Source of the DNA: Desulfobacterales bacterium
GTDB lineage: Bacteria > Desulfobacterota > Desulfobacteria > Desulfobacterales > UBA2174
Assembly (NCBI GenBank): GCA_963668645.2
Contig: CAXXWC010000021.1
Span: 1-64,000, forward strand
Reading direction: 5' to 3'
Length of the DNA stretch: 64,000 nucleotides
The notes beneath the pieces were generated by a model. It worked only from the letters and a program-made list of their open reading frames with translations, was not told the origin of the DNA and did no database searches. The position numbers and the translations under genes are program-made. This document shows, piece after piece, positions 61,628 through 64,000 of the stretch; position 1 is the first letter of the stretch, and each line of letters opens with the position of its first letter.

Positions 61628-62770
61628 TTAAAATTGAAGAGCCTTGGCAACGATGCTCTTCATGATTTCATTGGTGCCGGCAAAGATCGTGTGGATGCGC
61701 ACATCGCGCCACATGCGCACGATGGGGCAGGCCTCCGTGGCAGCCACATCCCCCACCACTTCCAGGCACCGGTTGGCAATCTGGTTGGCCTTTTCCGAAA
61801 TCCAGTATTTGGCCATGGAGGTTTCCATGGTCACCTGCCGGTTCCGGCTGTGGGCCATGATCAGATCGTTGAGGAACGCCCTGCCGATGCGAAGGTCGGT
61901 TTCCATTTCCACCAGGGCGAACTGAACGGCCTGGGAGCTTGCCAGCGGCGTCAGGCCACACCGGCTCTTGCGGCAAAAGGCACCGGTCCACTGCAAGATC
62001 TGCTCGGCGATGGACATGGACCAAATGGCCACCACCAGGCGTTCCTGCTGCAGTTTTTGCATCAACTGAACGAAGCCGGCCCCCTTGGGACCCAGCCGGT
62101 TGTCTTGGGGAATCCGGCAGTTGGTGAAGAAGAGTTCGGCCGTATCCTGGCTGCGCATGCCCAGCTTATCGATCCGGTTGCCCTTCTTGAATCCGGGTGT
62201 GCCGTCCTCGACCAGAAAAAGAGAGAGTGCCTTGTGCGGATTGGTCGTTTCCGGGTCCTTGGCGGCCATCACCACCAGATCGCAATGGAGCCCGTTGGAG
62301 ATGAACGTCTTGGCGCCATTGAGCACCACCTGGCCATCCTCCTCCACCGCGGTGGCGCACATGCCTGCCAGGTCGCTGCCGGCATCCGGTTCGGTCATGG
62401 CCACGGCGGTGACAATGTCCCCGTTGACGCAACCGGGCAGGTAGCGCGCCTTTTGGGCTTCCGTGCCGAATGTCAGGATGTAGGGCACCACGATATCGCT
62501 GTGCAGTTGGGCCATCAGGCCGCCATGATTGGTCCGCACCAGCTCTTGGTTGACGATCACCGAATAGAGGAAATCGCCCCCAAGCCCGCCATAGGCTTCC
62601 GGAACGGCGGTGCAAAGAAACCCCTCCCGGCCCATCTTGCGCCAGATATCCCGGGGGATCAGGTGCTGCGCCTCCCACTGTTCGACATGTGGTACCACCT
62701 CGGCCTTGAGAAAATCGCGCAGCCTGCGGCGAAAGCTGCGGTGCGCGTCGGTGTAGGGCAGTTGGTTCAT
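61628..62770 (-). CDS. Acyl-CoA dehydrogenase (catalytic-type subunit)
   Basis: AMTEPDAGSD, KTFISNG, KLGMRSQDTAEL, QQERL, IFAGTNEIMK. Confidence 0.9.
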   Translation of the reverse strand: MNQLPYTDAHRSFRRRLRDFLKAEVVPHVEQWEAQHLIPRDIWRKMGREGFLCTAVPEAYGGLGGDFLYSVIVNQELVRTNHGGLMAQLHSDIVVPYILTFGTEAQKARYLPGCVNGDIVTAVAMTEPDAGSDLAGMCATAVEEDGQVVLNGAKTFISNGLHCDLVVMAAKDPETTNPHKALSLFLVEDGTPGFKKGNRIDKLGMRSQDTAELFFTNCRIPQDNRLGPKGAGFVQLMQKLQQERLVVAIWSMSIAEQILQWTGAFCRKSRCGLTPLASSQAVQFALVEMETDLRIGRAFLNDLIMAHSRNRQVTMETSMAKYWISEKANQIANRCLEVVGDVAATEACPIVRMWRDVRIHTIFAGTNEIMKSIVAKALQF

Positions 62771-62847
62771 CGTCTCCGGATTCCTTATTGTCCATTCATT
62801 TCTGGACGGACACTCTGCCAGCCTGATATCTGTTTCTCCATAGGCTG

Positions 62848-63993
62848 TTAACGCTTCAACTTGCCGATCACCGCAGCGGCGATCGTCTCGGTGAGATCGT
62901 TTTTGTGACCGCTGAGAATCTGCAGGGCCTTGGCATCACGGTAGCAGCGTTCCACATCGTACTCTGTGGTGAAGCCATACCCACCCAAGAGCTGGATACT
63001 CTCGCAGGAAACGTTCACGGCGGCCCGGGTCGCCGCCAGATTGGCCATCGCCGCCATCCTGGGGTCGATCTTTTCAGGATCGCTGTGAATGGCGACCTGG
63101 TAGGTCAGGCTGCGGACCTGCTCGATACAAAGCGCCATCTCGGCCAGTTTCTGGCGGGTGACCTGAAATTCGGCAATCTTGCGGCCGAACTGTTCCCGTT
63201 CTTTCACATGGGCCAAGCCCCGCTCAAAAGCGCCCTGGGCGGTGCCCAGGGCCAGGGCGGCCAGAAGCAGGTGCAGCTCCGGCAGCAGGCGCGCGGCCTG
63301 CTCCAGTCCCCGGGCCTGCCTGCCGATGAGGTTTGCCGGCGTGACATGCACCCCGTCGCAGCGGATGCGGGCCATGCCGGTCATGCGCAGCCCCAGCATC
63401 GGGGCGTCGTTCCCGGAAAGCACGCCCGGCTGGCCGCCGTCGAGCATCAGCATGCTGCAAGCGGCGGGCGCTGTATGATCCCGGCAGAGCAGAAAAAGGA
63501 CGTCGGCGTTGGCGCCATTGATGACGCCGGCCAGTTCACCGTCGAGGCACCAGGCGGCATCCGGTCCGGCTTCGTTCAAACACAGGGAGCTGTTCGGCAT
63601 CTCATCGACCACCGGGCCCAGCAGGGTGCCTGGACACGTGCGGCCTTCGAGGATCTCGGAAAGCAGCGTCGCCTGCTGCGTCGGATTGCCGAAGCGGGCC
63701 AGCCACTCGGCGGCCATTCCGGCCAGCATCAGCGCCGCTGCGGTGGTGGAATCTCTGGCTGCCAGGGTTTCGGCCACCAGGACGTTTTCGAGCCAGCCCA
63801 TCCCGCCGCCGCCAAGCTTTTCGGGCAAGTGGATGCCGATAAAGCCCAGTTCACCGGCTTTTTTCCAGATTTCATTTGGAAATTCCGCCCTCCGATCAAA
63901 CTCGCAGGCCGTATCCTTGTCGAATTCGCCCCTGGCAAATTCCATTGCCGTTTTCTGAATGACTTTCTGTGATTTGCTGAGTTGATGGGTCAT
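62848..63993 (-). CDS. Acyl-CoA dehydrogenase-family protein (degenerate, partner-type subunit)
   Basis: Keeps KEREQFGRKIAEFQ and QLLGGYG; lacks TEP..GSD and IYEGT. Confidence 0.85.
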   Translation of the reverse strand: MTHQLSKSQKVIQKTAMEFARGEFDKDTACEFDRRAEFPNEIWKKAGELGFIGIHLPEKLGGGGMGWLENVLVAETLAARDSTTAAALMLAGMAAEWLARFGNPTQQATLLSEILEGRTCPGTLLGPVVDEMPNSSLCLNEAGPDAAWCLDGELAGVINGANADVLFLLCRDHTAPAACSMLMLDGGQPGVLSGNDAPMLGLRMTGMARIRCDGVHVTPANLIGRQARGLEQAARLLPELHLLLAALALGTAQGAFERGLAHVKEREQFGRKIAEFQVTRQKLAEMALCIEQVRSLTYQVAIHSDPEKIDPRMAAMANLAATRAAVNVSCESIQLLGGYGFTTEYDVERCYRDAKALQILSGHKNDLTETIAAAVIGKLKR

Positions 63994-64000
63994 GATTCTC

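Overview
High-GC bacterial chromosome segment. Gene content (sigma54 activators, KorABCD, TRAP/TTT transporters, Bcd-EtfAB, beta-oxidation genes) suggests an anaerobic Desulfobacterota-like organism; this taxonomy is inferred. Left to right: (1) the 5' part of a threonine ammonia-lyase and an orphan sigma54 response regulator; (2) a five-gene operon (1983-7485, minus strand) with a sigma54 promoter, encoding three secreted pilin-like subunits, a chaperone-like protein and a large usher-like protein, a candidate non-classical chaperone-usher pilus with WxL/DUF916-like traits; (3) a PrpR-controlled carboxylate catabolic run (leuC/D-like, two MmgE/PrpD, icd, tctCBA, HD protein, korDABC), whose aconitase-family large subunit lacks the conserved Asp-His motif; (4) FadL, glyoxalase II-like, acyl-CoA synthetase and an XRE regulator; (5) two more CoA-dependent catabolic operons, one with CoA-transferase, TRAP, split hydratase and AtuA, the other with IclR, tctCBA, frameshifted HD protein, CoA-transferase and CitE-like lyase; (6) ALDH and bcd-etfBA; (7) a lower-GC island (~48.1-54.5 kb) with a membrane-anchored PRTase-like protein, a long CorA-like protein, a GT2, a START-like/DUF4145 fusion and a membrane protein, a candidate defence locus; (8) an MBL-rhodanese pseudogene broken by a 110-bp MITE; (9) a beta-oxidation cluster with a complementary, probably heteromeric, acyl-CoA dehydrogenase pair and a thiolase/DUF35 pair. 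No rRNA, tRNA, CRISPR array, integrase or transposase was seen. All family assignments come from motif recognition by eye, not database searches.
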